Part shown: positions 24,248 through 38,114 of the stretch, one piece after another
How the letters are laid out: each line of letters opens with the position of its first letter
Position numbering within the stretch: the stretch's first letter is position 1
Assembly (NCBI RefSeq): GCF_009914755.1
Contig: NC_060933.1
Length of the DNA stretch: 64,000 nt
Direction: 5' to 3' (one strand)
Source of the DNA: the human T2T-CHM13v2.0 reference genome, Homo sapiens
Program-made: the position numbers and the translations under genes
Notes under the pieces: generated by a model
Seen by the model: only the letters and a program-made list of their open reading frames with translations
The model's database searches: none
What the model was told of the DNA's origin: nothing

Positions 24248-27200
24248 GTGGCCCATATCACAAAATAGATTAAGCTTCTTGGTGAACCAATTCCTGGAAG
24301 GACTGAGGTAAAGGGGAGTGAAGAAAAAAACTGCAGTTGGAAGAGCTATGAGTTCCCAGCAATAAAGCAAATTAGGCAGTTCCAAATTGAGATCGCATTA
24401 GATGGTTTTATTTGCTAGCACTTTCAATTCTTGCATTTTTAGCATAATTATAATACATCTGCACGGCCTTCAGTAGTTATTCTCCTCATTTCCCACCTTT
24501 GTATATATTCTGCTACTAGTGCTGAAGAATATATAAATTATGCTAGGTATAGAGTTTGAAAGGCCTAAATTTTAATCACAGATCTATAATGTACTTGCTA
24601 AGTAACCCTGAGCAAGTCCTTCAAGGTTTCTTGGCCTGTTTCCTCACCTTTAAATTGCGACAATATCTGTGCTTCAGAATTCTTGCAAATATTAGATATT
24701 ATACATGCAATACTGCTGGCACGTAATAGGGGTCTGAAAACAATGGAAACTGATTTTCTTCTAAACCCTTAGTCTTTCCCCTTCTCCCTGTCCTTTCACC
24801 CAGCATCTCACCCTAGAAATGTTTCTGTTTGTTTATTTAGAACAGTCAGTAGGCATCAATGGCATTTTGGGGCCATGACATTGGGGACTTTCTCATTGGT
24901 TGGCAAGTCCCTGACTTTGTCCTCATTCCTCTTCTTCAACTCAGTATTCTGTGCTATAGCATAAAGGAAATTGAAGTAAGAAATTTTGAGCATGTCAGTG
25001 TCTAATTGTACAATCAGTTTCCAACTAGGCTATAAAGAAAGAGATTTCACCCCCTGCCAGAGTGCTTTAGGTCAATAGGGTTGAGAAGCTTTAAATATTC
25101 CTCTCTAAGGAAAGATCCCTTGAGACTCTACATCTCACCTCAGACTGGATGTTACCCCACTTCAGTGTCTTCATATGGATTATAATTATAATTTTCTGAT
25201 AAATTGTGTAATTATTGACTAGCATACAGTCTATTTCAAAAAGGTAGGAGTTATTTCTCTTTTTCACCACTGGAATCTTAGCAGTTGGCACAGCAGATGC
25301 TCTATAAATATCTGTCAAATAAATGAACAAAAGAATTATGGCTGAGCCTGGATTTTAGAGAAACTGAAAGCCTTCCTAATTAAATACAAACTGAGCCCAT
25401 TACTTTCACTTCTCAACTTTAAATTTATGTTTATTATGCTCTTACACGTCATCTTTAGGCTGTTCTTCCACATAATTGTCAGTCCTCAGCCTTAATATTT
25501 GAATTCTAATAAACTGCTCTTAGAGGCTTACTGTGTAACAGCTGAGTTTTCTACTTTATATGCATGCAGTATTTAGAGGTTAAAGAGGAGGTCATTATAA
25601 TCTAACCAGAATATGTTTGAATTTATAAAATGAATGATAATGTTACCATGAAGCTCTCATCACTCCACAGTTTGACTGTTAAACAATAGGACTTTAACTT
25701 TTTAATTCTCATAAATTGATATAATTGCACTTAGACTTATTTATCTTTATTGTAGTTTCTTTAGAACAAAAGCAAATGTTTGGCAATTATTTAAAGGAAT
25801 CACCATAAAACACTCTTCAGAATTTGAACTGAAGTAGTAGCTCAAGTGTTGCCAAATAATTCACTAAACTATGAAATCATGTGTGTGTGTAGAAATAATA
25901 TATACAATCCATTCTAACCTGTTACTTGATATAAATATATACTGCATAACCATATATAATAATATAATACTTTATATATAGTTTTATATACAATGCACAT
26001 ATAATGCAAGAATATAAATTAGTTTTAAACAATGCATAAAATTTTAGCATGCTCTTTTTATGGAAAGTTTCTAAATAACATAATTTTTATTCTAATTAAA
26101 TTAATTTGAAATTATTTATAAAACTATATGGAAGCAATAAAACCACCTACAATGGGATGTTCCTACAGTCCTCATTGGTAGCATCCAGGAAAAAAGAAGC
26201 CCTTTTAAATTTTAGGTTTTTTTTTCTTTGTGAAACTATATATACAAAAAGAAAAAACTAATAAAACTAAAGTCATACTGCATAAATAATTGTGCTCTCT
26301 GATTTTTTTCACTCAAAATACACAGTATATAGTATGCATATCTTTCAAAAGTCTTTAATCGAATCATTTTACTGGCCATATAGCATCTCATTCTATGTAT
26401 TTACCCAGTCCTCTTATATTGGACATTCAAGATAATTTAAGTTTTCTAATATTATAAATAAGACAGTAATGATAGTCATTTGCTAGGTATTCCACCATAC
26501 CCAAAAGCAAGCTTCAGCCTAACTAGGTAATAATGCATGTTTTGGTCAGTTTCAAATCCGGTTGATAATCAAACCATAATAAATTGGTTGTCCTTTGGCC
26601 AGGTACCCATGCCTGATTGAACCAATCAGGGCCAACAAACCCTGGGTAGAAATGTTCACAGGATAGAAAATAGTGCTAATCAAAGTGTTGCACCTGGAGT
26701 GCCATTCAAAATTAGGCAAGATGGTTTTAGGTGGCACATGAACACATGAATAGTTTCATGTTTGTTTTCAATGAATAATGAGGTAACATCAGTAAGGTAA
26801 TCTCTTTTCATGAATATTAACATCAGTTTTAGTGATAACATTTTATTAATTCATTGAACAAATATGTACGGAGGATCTCTCAGGTAAGCATTGGGGATGC
26901 TACTATAAGCAAGACATAAAATTTCTAACCTCAGGAGGCTTACATTCTAGCAAGAGAAATGAGTAATATGGAGGAAATATCAGAAAGTAAGAGAATATAA
27001 AATGTGCAGCCTTGGCCTCACTTTAGATAAGGGAGATCTCGGAATTGGAAGGTATCTCTTCTATGAAATAAGGGAATAAGCTGTATAAGGATCAAGTACA
27101 AAGACCCAAAAGATAGAGCAAGCTTGGTGCACTGCAGGAAGCAAATTCAGCCAGCTTGGAGTAAGGGAGGGCTGGTAAAGATGACATCAGAAAGGTGGGT

Positions 27201-27521
27201 CAGGGGCCAGATCACAAACAGCCTTGTGAGCATTAGTAAGGACTTACCATGTTCTCAGTGTAACAGCAAACTATGGGACGGTTTAAGCCAGGTTAATTGA
27301 CCAAATTTATATTTTGAAAACAATCTGCTGCTGTGTGAAGAATTGATTGAAAGCATGCAAGAACAGAAATAGGAAGACATGTTAGGAGATTAATACAACA
27401 CTCAGATATAATAATAGTGTGGACCAAAATGATAGAAGTGGAGACAGTGAGAATTAACAAATTCAAGGCACTTTTTGAAGTAGAGGTGACAAGACTTGTT
27501 GATGATAGATATGCCAAATGT

Positions 27522-27814
27522 GAGCCAGGCACCATGGCTCTTGCCTATGATCCCAGCACTTACGAAGGCTGAGGCAGGAAGATCGCTTGAGCCCAGGAGT
27601 TCAAGATCAGCCCAGGCAACATAGCAAGACACCCCATCTCTACAAAAAATAGAAAAAAATAACCACGTGTGCTGGTGCATACCTGTAGTCTCAACTACTC
27701 GGGAGTCTGAGGTGGGAGGATTGCTTGAGCCCGGGAAGATAAAGCTGTGGTGGGCCGTTACCATGCCACTGCACTCCAGACTGGGTGATAGAGTAAGAGC
27801 TTTAAGAAAAAAAA
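27522..27814 (+). mobile_element. AluJ
   Basis: J-type dimer whose tail continues into a GA/GGAA microsatellite. Confidence 0.9.
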
Positions 27815-27920
27815 GAAGGAAAGAAAGAAAGAGAGAGAGAGAGGAAGGAAGGAAGGAAGGAAGGAAGGAAGGAAGGAAGGAAAGAAGGAAGGAAGGAAGG
27901 AAGGAAAAGAGAAGGAAAAA
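27815..27920. repeat. (GAAA)/(GA)/(GGAA)n microsatellite
   Basis: (GGAA)10 at 27843-27882, AGAA, then (GGAA)5 at 27887-27906. Confidence 0.95.
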
Positions 27921-29593
27921 AGTCAAATTTGAGAAAATAAAGAAAAAGGATAGTGCCTAGACATTTGATTGTGCAGTTTAGGGGATGGATAAGCCAAGGG
28001 GAATCCATATAAAGAGCAGATGTGAGAAGAAAAAAAAATTTTGGTTTTAACATGTTATGCTTCTTAGATACACAAATGAATGTACCTACTAGGCAATTGG
28101 ATATTTAAACCTAGAGCTTAGGAGAAAGGACGGAGGGGGATTATCATCAGCATGAAGATGCTATGTGAGGCCATGTGCCTGGATGAAATGGTCTAGGGAG
28201 TGAGTACAGGCAGTGAAGAAGGCAGGACCAAGCAAGAACATCAAGCTGGAGTGCTCTAATATTGAGAAAGGTAGAGTGTGCAGAGAAAACCAGGATGCAA
28301 CAGCTGTGTGATGGAACAACAACTAGGAGATAGTGGTATCCAGAAGGGCTCGAGAAGAAAATGCTTCAGGGTGGATGATGATTGTGCCAAATCTGCTGTG
28401 AGGCTGCATAAAATGAAGATTGAAAATTAACTGCTGCTCTTAGCAACAGGGAGATTGCTGGTGATTTTGACAGAGCAATTTCAGGAGAGTGATGAGGACT
28501 AAATCCCAACTTGAGTGGGCTAAAGAGATGAGAAGTGAGAAAGTGAGAGCGAGTACAGAAAAGTCTCAAGAAACTTGCTATGAAGAAGAGTTGAGGAATG
28601 CAACTGGAGCTAGAGTGCAACCAGAAGTCTAGGAAAGGATTGGGTTTGTTTTGCTGAGATGGGGGTCTATTTGTAAGCTGATGGGAATGATCTACAGTAA
28701 GAAGGGAGAGTCATGTTCAGGAGAAAAAAGATGATTAGAGGAGTAAAGCCCTGGCACAGGTGGAAGGGGGTGAGAAGCCAGGCTGCAGGAGCTGTTTATC
28801 GTCTGTGACCAAAGAGAAGATGGAACACTTGGGTGTAGAGCAAGGAGGTTGGTAGATTTGGTAAAGGGAAAAGGAAGTAGTTCTCTTCTGCTTACTTCTA
28901 TTTTCTTATGAAATAAAAATCTAGGTTATCAGCTGAGAGTGAAGACAAGGAGGGAATGTTGGAGGTTTAAAAAGGGGGGAAGATATCAAACAGTTGTCTG
29001 GACAAAGAACTGACCAGAGAATTCTACTATAAAAAATTTATTGAAGTGCTGAGGACCCACCAGAGATTTGTGGCCAAAATGTAAAGTAAATGTGTGTGTT
29101 GTTCTCTCATCCCATTTAGCTGCCTGAATGCAGATATAGATTAAGCAGAGTTAAATATAACCAGGGTTTGGGTTTTGCTAGGCAAATATAATGGAGAGAG
29201 AGAAGGACAAAAGAGTTGAGGGTACATAGAGAAGAGTTATAGTGACAAACCATGGAATCTAAGACGAGTAGGGAAAAAGGTAAAGAAAAGCGAGGGAGAT
29301 GATTAGGACAAAGACTGGGAGTGGGTCCATGGATTACTTGAATGATGTTGTACTTAAGAGAGGAGTCAGAAAGAGATGCTGTGAATATCAGAAAGTGGAA
29401 TGATGAAAAACTAGATATTGGAGGCTACTTATAATGACAAACTCTAGGGTATGACTAGGGTGAACATGATGGGGTTGGGGAAAGAAAGAGATGTTGGAGT
29501 CAGAAGGTCAAATAATTGAAAAGGCTTACTGAGAAACTGATCTAAGTAAGTAGTGCTGAACCCTGCTGCATATTGAGATCATAGGTGTTGTGG

Positions 29594-29595
<2 letters not shown>

Positions 29596-29627
<32 letters not shown>
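29596..29627. repeat. Poly(T)32
   Basis: Uninterrupted T run inside a MER5-like element. Confidence 0.95.
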
Positions 29628-29630
<3 letters not shown>

Positions 29631-31584
29631 GCAAAACAAAATCTAGTGGCTAAATCCTACCTTGACTAAATTAAATCAGTACCTGTTTGGCTTGGGGGAT
29701 GAACTGAACACAGGTAGGATTTTTAAAACATCATGAGGTAATAAAAATGTGCAGCCAAATTTGAAAAATAATGACATACATAAATTTTGAAGTCATTAAA
29801 TATGATGACAGGAGTCATGGTAGAAGGAAATGCAATGAGCCAGCTGCTAAAATCTTCCATCATGAAGTGGAATGGCTTGGAAGATAGGAGATGAAGGGTT
29901 TTTGAAAGAAGAAAAACAATGAGAAATAAGGAACATTCCTATCCCCACCTCCAGGACCTGGAAGCATAGGGTGTGGGAGCAAAAACCACCACCCCCTGCA
30001 AAGGCTGAAGGTAAACAGGATATGGGTTGGGTTGGGTGGTGAGCCAGGGCTTAGAGCAAGAAGGTGAAGGTGTTGTTCAAAGAAGAGTTGGAAAATAAAA
30101 GAGACTGTGCTTCCCAAGCCCTGAATTCTAGCAGCTGCATTGGAAGGGATTGCAGTTTTGGAAGGAATGGGAGATTGAGTCAGATCAAGGGATATACAGA
30201 AACATATGGAGGAGAGTTCCTGTGGTGACCTGGAATGCTTGGACTTCTATGGTGACTGAGGCCAAAAGGAGTATGAAACATGATGATTAGTTCCATCGCC
30301 TCTAAAGGAAAGGTGGAAAATTAATTCTAAGTATATCCTCCTTCTTGGGATAGGATCCTTGGGTGGTATGTGATGATGAAGCAGGTTGAGGAGCTAGGTG
30401 CTTGAGGTGGTGTGAAAGGAGCCTGGGAGGTTCTGAAGCCCTTTTAAGTTGAGCTGGGGGCAGTGTCAAAAGGGAGATAGGATAATAGCCCCTCTACTGT
30501 TAACTGTAAACTGTGAGTCTCCTTTAAAATCTTTGACACAAGCAGTTAAATGGTCTGGTTCTTAAGATTTACCAAATTATGTTGCAATCAATTTTCTGTA
30601 TCTGTCTGCACTAAGCTTTAAATTGCCCCAGCAGAAATCTTTTCTTATGTATCTTTTCATTTTCAGCACCTAGATTAAGAAACATTTGAGGTACTGAAGT
30701 TAACTGCTTAAAGAACCAAAGACAAGGTTTTGTTGTGCTAAAGTGAAGTAACCAAATAAGGCAACATTTTTTGTTAGCATTTCTGGATTGTAATTTTACC
30801 AGGCCGGAAGTGTTACTAAATGCACTCATATTTTTAACCACAAACAGGACTTTCCTTTTTTACTAGTTCAAAGAATTAAAATAGTTTCTGCCAGGAATTG
30901 ATGCAATAATATATGTGTTTAAGTGTTACATTAAGAAATCAATATTTCTAGCTTGCACTAAGCACATTAAGCATCCCTTAACTTAAAAGTGTGAACAGTG
31001 TGTTCGCTTGAGATTAATTTCATAAAACGAAAAGATAAATTAGATCACCTAACCTAAGGAGACAATGAGATGCCAGCATTGTCTTTAGTTCTAAACTCTG
31101 CTCTATTTGGGGCATAGATTTTTTTTTCCCTTTCTCAGAGCTTGTTGTTTGGATCAGGGAGATCTAATGCAATAAGGAAAGTAAAGAGACCTTCCCTTCA
31201 AAAAATCTGCCTTCTGCTCTCAGCTTCTACAGTGAGTAGAATCCTATTGTATTTCTTATAATTATTATCTCATAAAACCAAATACCAGATGTTCAACGTG
31301 ATGGTCTGCAACTTTTTTTTTTCAATCATTCTTATATGGCATATCACAATAAACCGCAAAGTTAAGAATTCATTTATAAGAAAAAATAGAAGAACAAGAT
31401 AATTTTATCTGGATGAAACCAGATATAATAAAAAAGATTCAAAGAAAAATTTTCAAATACGTAAAGATTTGAAAAATCACAATTATGTAAATCAAAAAAC
31501 TACAATGGAAGGGAAAATTATTTTCATCAGATGTAAAAAAAAAAGGGTTCATATCTAAATTTAAGTGTATAAGAAAATAATTCC

Positions 31585-31885
31585 GCCCAAGCAAGGTGGC
31601 TCACACCTTAATCTCCACACTTTGGGAAGCCAACCTGGGAGGATTGCTTGCTCCCAGGAGTTCAAGACCAGCCTTGGCGATGTAGGGAGACCCCATCTCT
31701 ACAGAAAATTAAAAAATTAGCTAGGTGTGGGTGCACATGCCTGCAATCTCAGCTACTTGGAGGCTGAGGTGGGTGGATTGCCTGAACCCAGGAGATCAAG
31801 GCTGCAGTGATTCATGATTGCACCACTGCATTTCAGCTCGGATGACAGAGTGAGACTCTGTCTCAATAAAAAAGAAAAGAAAAGA
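31585..31885 (+). mobile_element. AluJ (old, diverged)
   Basis: Alu dimer with GGAGGATTGCTTG and GAGATCAAGGCTGCAGTGA. Confidence 0.9.
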
Positions 31886-32513
31886 ATTTCAAGAGTTCAG
31901 TGGTCAAATGATATGAGCAAGACTTCACACAAGAAGAGATATAAACATTTGTTTATATCTATCAAATAATAATACAAATTCTAGTGATGACATGCTGTAA
32001 AATATTCACATAATACGATATTGTAACTTAGGGCAACCATTTTAGAAAGTTTTATTGAAATGTCATTCTTCTAAAAGTTCACATTTTATCTTTAGCAATT
32101 ATGTTCCTTAAGCAAAAAACAATAGAATTAATATAAATTTTCCAACATGTTCCTTGTGATATTACTTTACAGTTATGAAATATAATTATATTTTGCCTCA
32201 CTCAAAAACAAGGGTAAATCTGAGTGCCGTCTTGCATATATAATAAAATAATAGTAGGAACAACCTGTACATATTACAACAAAAGTATCGTTATAATACT
32301 ATAAAAGGTATGTGGCATTCTTGCACTATTGCAGGAAATGATGCAACAACTTGATGGAGCTATTAAAAGTAACACATGAAGTCTATATAGCCAAATCAAA
32401 AAGATATTTATGCAGAAAAAAGAAAAAATAAGTTTAAAATTGCATGTGTACAGAGATTACACCCCGTAAACACATATAGAATTTGGATTAAGATTAAAAG
32501 GAGCTACATTCCT

Positions 32514-33193
32514 TGGCGATCATCAAAAAGTCAGGAAACAACAGGTGCCGGAGAGGATGTGGAGAAATAGGAACATTTTTACACTGTTGGTGGGACTGTA
32601 AACTAGTTCAACCATGGTTGAAGTCAGTGTGGCGATTCCTCAAGGATCTAGAACTAGAAATACCATTTGACCCAGCCATCCCATTACTGGGTATATACCC
32701 AAAGGATTATAAATCATGCTGCTATAAAGACACATGCACACATATGTTTACTGCAGCACTATTCACAATAGCAAAGACTTGGAACCAACCCAAATGTCCA
32801 TCAATGATAGACTGGATTAAGAAAATGTGGCACATATACACCATGGAATACTATGCAGCCATAAAAAAGGATGAGTTCATGTCCTTTGTAGGGACATGGA
32901 TGAAGCTGGAAACCATCATTCTCAGCAAACTATCGCAAGGACAAAAAACCAAACACTGCATGTTCTCACTCATAGGTGGGAAGTGAACAATGAGAACGCT
33001 TGGACACAGGATGGGGAACATCACACACCGGGGCCTGTCATGGGGTGGGGGGAGAGGGGAGAGATAGCATTAGGAGATATACCTAATGTAAATGATGAGT
33101 TAATAGGTGCAGCACACCAACATGGCACATGTATACATATGTAACAAACCTGCACGTTGTGCACATGTACCCTAGAACTTAAAGTATAATTTA
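32514..33193 (+). mobile_element. 5'-truncated L1PA (PA4/PA5-like): ORF2 C-terminus plus 3' UTR
   Basis: Translation includes the ORF2p cysteine-rich region ([18 protein letters not shown]...); 3' UTR GCACATGTACCCTAGAACTTAAAGTATAAT; TSD AAAAGGAGCTACRTTCYT at 32496-32513 and 33194-33211. Confidence 0.95.
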
Positions 33194-33239
33194 AAAAGGA
33201 GCTACGTTCTTAATATATTCATTTCAAAATTGATAATAG

Positions 33240-33470
33240 TAGTAGCTAATATTTGCTAAGCACTTACGATGTGTCAAGCACTGTTCTAAGTACTTTGTAT
33301 ATTTAATCTAATATAATCCTGAAACAACCTCATTCGTTAGCTACTATTAATATCTCTATGTTATAGGTGAGGAAACTGAAGTGCAAAGAAGCTTAATAAG
33401 TTTTTTCAAGTTCACTCAGCTACAAAAGGGAATAGGTGGAATTCAAACCTATGCAATGTGACCTCATGAA
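33240..33470 (-). mobile_element. MIR SINE
   Basis: TAGCTAATATTTGCTAAGCACTTACGATGTG...GGTGAGGAAACTGAAG...GGAATTCAAACC. Confidence 0.75.
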
Positions 33471-36400
33471 AATAGAACTATAGATTATTTTTTTCATGCT
33501 GTCCTATATTATGATTGAAATATTGCTCAAATTATTTTTAAAAGAAGGAATTTTCTGTAATCTTTTCCACTCCAAAAAAGCTAAATGTGTAGAAAACATA
33601 TCTCTGTAGTGCTTTACCAAATTCTGTAGTATTTCTCTAACTCTTTGAGGATTACTTAGTCTAAAAAGCACCTGGGAAAACAAGGATCAGCACTCCACAT
33701 CCTAGTATCATTCCTAATAAACCAGTTTCACCTATACCTTGATTAAAGAGAGTTAATGCCACCAGCTTCCAGGAACTATCAGCTCTACCGTGCCTGTTGG
33801 GACAAAGATTATTATCATATGTTCTCATTTACCTGGTGAACACACTGCACTCTACTGTAGGTGAACACTCCTACACTAAAGAAATAACTACAATCAAATT
33901 ATAGAAAATCATACTTTCCTTGATTGCAGAGACATAGGTTAGAAAAAAATGTGTAACAACCTTTTTTTACCTTTTCATAAATAAAATCCTGCAGGGAATT
34001 CTCTAACTTGAACATTGTTAACAGATGACATACCAATCTCTTTTGCTTTCACTCAAGAACAAAGGTAAATCTGAGTGTCATCGTGTGTATACACTCAGTT
34101 TAGATTCCTTTTAGAGAAATAATATACTGGTTTGTCTTGCATAGTTTGGGGCCGCTGGATTGTGGTGACATTTTCAGTAAACCCCAAATGCTGATTAATC
34201 TCTCCAAACTAGTCCTCTTATCTAGCTCATTCCTAAGAATCAATATTCTTTAAAAAAATTTTCCAATATATAATCATTTAAATATTTTAGGGGCTTTTCC
34301 TATAAGTCTTCAGCGATAATCAAAGAGACCTGAGACAGAAGAAGAAAACAACAAATACACAGAAACTAATTTCCACCTATGACAACTCCATTGATTTATC
34401 TTTGGAATAGAAACTGCTTTCATTCTCTTTGGAATGTGCTGATTTTTTTTTTCTTAGATTGTATCTCAGTGACCTGGGTTAAGTACAAGATACTCAGCAA
34501 GTTGTTCAGTAGGTAAAAGGAAGTCACTAATTTATCCCCTCTACCTATTGCCAAGCAAATTCACTTAGGGGTGAGGCTCCAGAAATGCTTTCTTCATGAC
34601 TGACCAGCAGTTAGATGACATGGCTTCTGGGACAGAATGACGGCGTTAGCAGAGTCAGGGCTAAACTTTGTTAGTGCTTCTCACCTTTGCATAAGTCATT
34701 TCAACCAACAGTCTTGTTTTCACTTCCTGTCCAGGTGAAGAGAAGGGCAATGATTAAAACCTACTCCCTGGCATATTTGTAAAACATTTTGAATTTCTCC
34801 TAATGGGATTTTTTTTTTCTAGAAAGTGCAAAACACTAGATTACATTAACCATCTTTAATGCTACGCTGAGACAAATTATATAGATATAATTTATAAAGG
34901 AATAATTTTAATATATTAAGAGGCATTTCTATGTTGAAGGAGAAAATTTATGTATTTTATACATGACATTATATTTTATTTGATAATATATATAATATAC
35001 ATCTGCTAGTTGAGATTTCTCTTTTAAAAAAACTGTGTTACAAATTTATTTTTAAGAAAGTGGGTCTAATTGGAAATGGCATAAAGAAAGATTTCACTGG
35101 GACACAGGATGTTTTTGTAAATAAAGTATGATTCAGCATCAAATTTATAACAATTTAAACAAAAATTTAGGAAAGATTTCACAGGCCTCCAGCTGAAAGT
35201 TCTTTTTTTTAAATTCCAGTCAGCGTTTTTGGTTTTCCTTAAAGTGATCATGATTTGAAATGACTAGGAAGTACCTGCTGCCTTGCGTGGGAATAGAAAT
35301 TTACTTCCTTAAACCTATACAGGGTTTGCTAGGATTTAATTTCTATGTAAGGCAGAGGTTAGAATATATTCACCTCTAATCAGTCTGTCCGGCTGTAAGA
35401 TCCCTTTTCAGGAATTGTTTCTAGGACACACACACAAAAAATTGGTGGGGAAAACTACATTCTCATTTATTTCTTCCCTAACACTGGTTGTTTAAACCCA
35501 CCCACAAATCAGAATTAAGTGCTTCTTCTCTGGGCCATAAACCTCCCACTTTGCTCCTTAAGTACACTCTCATGTCACTCTGCTTTGAATTAAAATTATT
35601 TGTTTTCAGGTTGACTTCCTCTAGTAGAGTATAAGCTCCTTAGAGGCCAAAATCTGTGTCTTATTCATTCAAGTGGACCCTACAGCTAGGGTGTCATATA
35701 ATTTACTGTCCAATCTTGGACAATAGCTACAAGTGTACCTCTGGTCTCACACAGACTTGGTCCAGACTTGATTGTGATCTCATCTGTACAATGGGCATAA
35801 TATGAGTAGACATCTTATATTACTTTGAGAAATAAATAAAATAATTCATAAAATATACTTAGCTCTATATCATGCCATTATATGTAGCAAGAATTTGGGG
35901 AGGAAAAGCTTGTTGAGTCCTTCAATTGAATCAAACCTCTTGCTTTTCTTCCAATTTTTAAGCTTTTCTTTCAACTCTTATTTCCCCTCTTATCTGAGCT
36001 TCAGATAACTTCGTTTTCTTTCTGTTTTTCTCTGGAATTGCTCTTAGGGCCTTGTGAGTTTTGTCCTTCTGTTTTCTTTTCTTTTCTTTTCTTTTGGCAG
36101 GAGGAGAGGGACATCTTTCAATTCATTCATTCAATGAGCATATGCAGAGGACTTCTTGTATGCTCAAGGTGGTAATGGAAATGTGCCAAAAAGCCTTTTT
36201 TTTTTTTTTTACTTTATTTCTTACTGTACCTCCATCTTTATCAATCTCTAATTTTTCCAATTCCTTCTCTAAGTATCTTGTTTTGAAGTCTGTATTTCCC
36301 ATGTATGATAGTCTGGAATTTATACAACTCTGACTCCTTTGAGTTGAATTCTTATGTTCTTGTTTGGAAATGGCCCCCAGATTGGCACAGCACCAGTAAG

Positions 36401-38114
36401 AGTGGGATGCCAGCTTAATCAGCTATGCATTTATCTGTGCGATCTGCACCCACAGTTATGAACAGCTGAGCCAACCAAATGTAGTTAATGTCATCCCTTC
36501 ATAATTATTCTCTAATCATGACCTGCTCCTCTCCAGTCTTATCACCTTGGTGTCTCTGAGGATAAGTGAAGATCTACTTGGGGGTAGAACTTGGTTTGGC
36601 TCACTTGCCCAAAACTCTAACAAAGTTACAGAGATACCAGTATCAGCTTTCCCATTGTTATCTACCACTAGTGATAGTATGTGCAGGTACTATTAACTAG
36701 AAACTGATGTTCAACTTAAAATAATAATGTCCACTTCAATCAAATCACCGGGTGAAGCAATGAATTCACCTTTGAAGGACTAAGATAATGTGTGTGATTC
36801 CCCTTACCATCTCTTTTCCCATCTTATACAGACTAGAAAACCTGTTGTGCATGTTTTTAATAAGGCATCAAAAACCATAAACTTTTCTTTTTCTTTTCAC
36901 TGGACATCTGTGGACCTAATATAGGTATTCTGTAGAACACACACATGCCAGAGAATGCAGTGAGAGCAAAGCTATATGATGTTAGCCCAACCCACAAATT
37001 GGTGTGGGAGCCTTTGGAAAAAGTATAGCCTGTCACTTTCAGTTATCGAACTAAGAGACCATAACAAACATCTGAGCAGCTTTGAGTTTTCTGTTTTTGA
37101 ACAAGACATTTCAGAGAGGTTGTGCAAAGTATATACTAAAATGCATGTATTTTAACTTGTCTAACATAATCTTGTGACTATTTTGGTGTAAAACACTCTT
37201 AGACTACTTGGGATTTTCTAAGAGTTGAACTTTGGAATTTTTAGAACATGGCTTAAAATTCAAAACTCAAAACTATAAATGGAGATTGTGACATAAGGGA
37301 TTGAAAAGGGTGAGAATCATTCTGAAATGTGTATAGTCATACCATCATGATTCAAGATTTCAGGAACAGCACCTCATTTTTACCAAATAATAGATAAATA
37401 TGAAGCCTCACCTGCACCACAGACCTGCCCTGTATAGTCAGCTGGCCAGTTGACTATGGGGTACACCTGATTAAAGGTTCCAATTTTCTGCCTCCAGTCT
37501 ACCTTCAGACTTAAGACAGAAACATCATGCCTGGTGCCATTTCCCTCACTCTGCCTCTCATATCATAGTTTCTCACACCCCTTTTTACTTAGCAATGTGA
37601 TAGAGAAGGAAGACAAAGAACAATTGTTGGTGACTCGTAATATATCAGAAATTGTTACATGTTTTATTCGGTTAAATCCTGGGGCAATGATGCTGCTGCT
37701 GCTGATGATGATGATGATGGTTTTATAGATAAATATAAGGCTTAGACAGTTTGCAGATCTTGATAAAGTGGAATCACCAATGAGTTTTGAAGGGTGAAAA
37801 CTTGCACAAAGTCACACAGCCAAAACCGGTACTCTTGTCTCTACAACTCAGTGCCTTTCCACCACACTAAGTTGCTTCCCAGGGTGTCTGTCTGCATCTG
37901 TACTCTTCCTTCGATTTACAACAGCAGAAGACCCACTAAAAGCAGAGAATAATTGGCAAAGAACTTTGCACATAGCAGGTGTTCCACGTTTGTTCAATGA
38001 ATATCAGATATAACTTGCAAGATAAAATTTGTTTTCTCAGAGATGAGCATAGCTCAGTAGCAGGGTCTTCCTCTCCTCTCCAGCCTATATCATGCAGACC
38101 AGTCTGGGCCCCAA

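Larger units (their letters stand above)
26845..30480 (-). mobile_element. Long L2 element with ORF2/RT remnants, interrupted by AluJ and a MER5-like element
   Basis: L2 3' terminus at 26845. The minus-strand translation SPLKLGFSPHHSPEIAL (in ORF 28366-28620) resembles the L2/CR1 RT motif PLQSGFRPHHSTETAL. Confidence 0.75.

Noticed and set aside
29596-29627. T32 as an orphan retrotransposed poly(A)
   Set aside because: No TSD or element body; more simply an expansion of a T run in the host MER5-like element.
32513-32986. 157-aa open ORF
   Set aside because: It is the ORF2p C-terminus of a 5'-truncated L1PA with a non-ATG start and no promoter, so not a gene.
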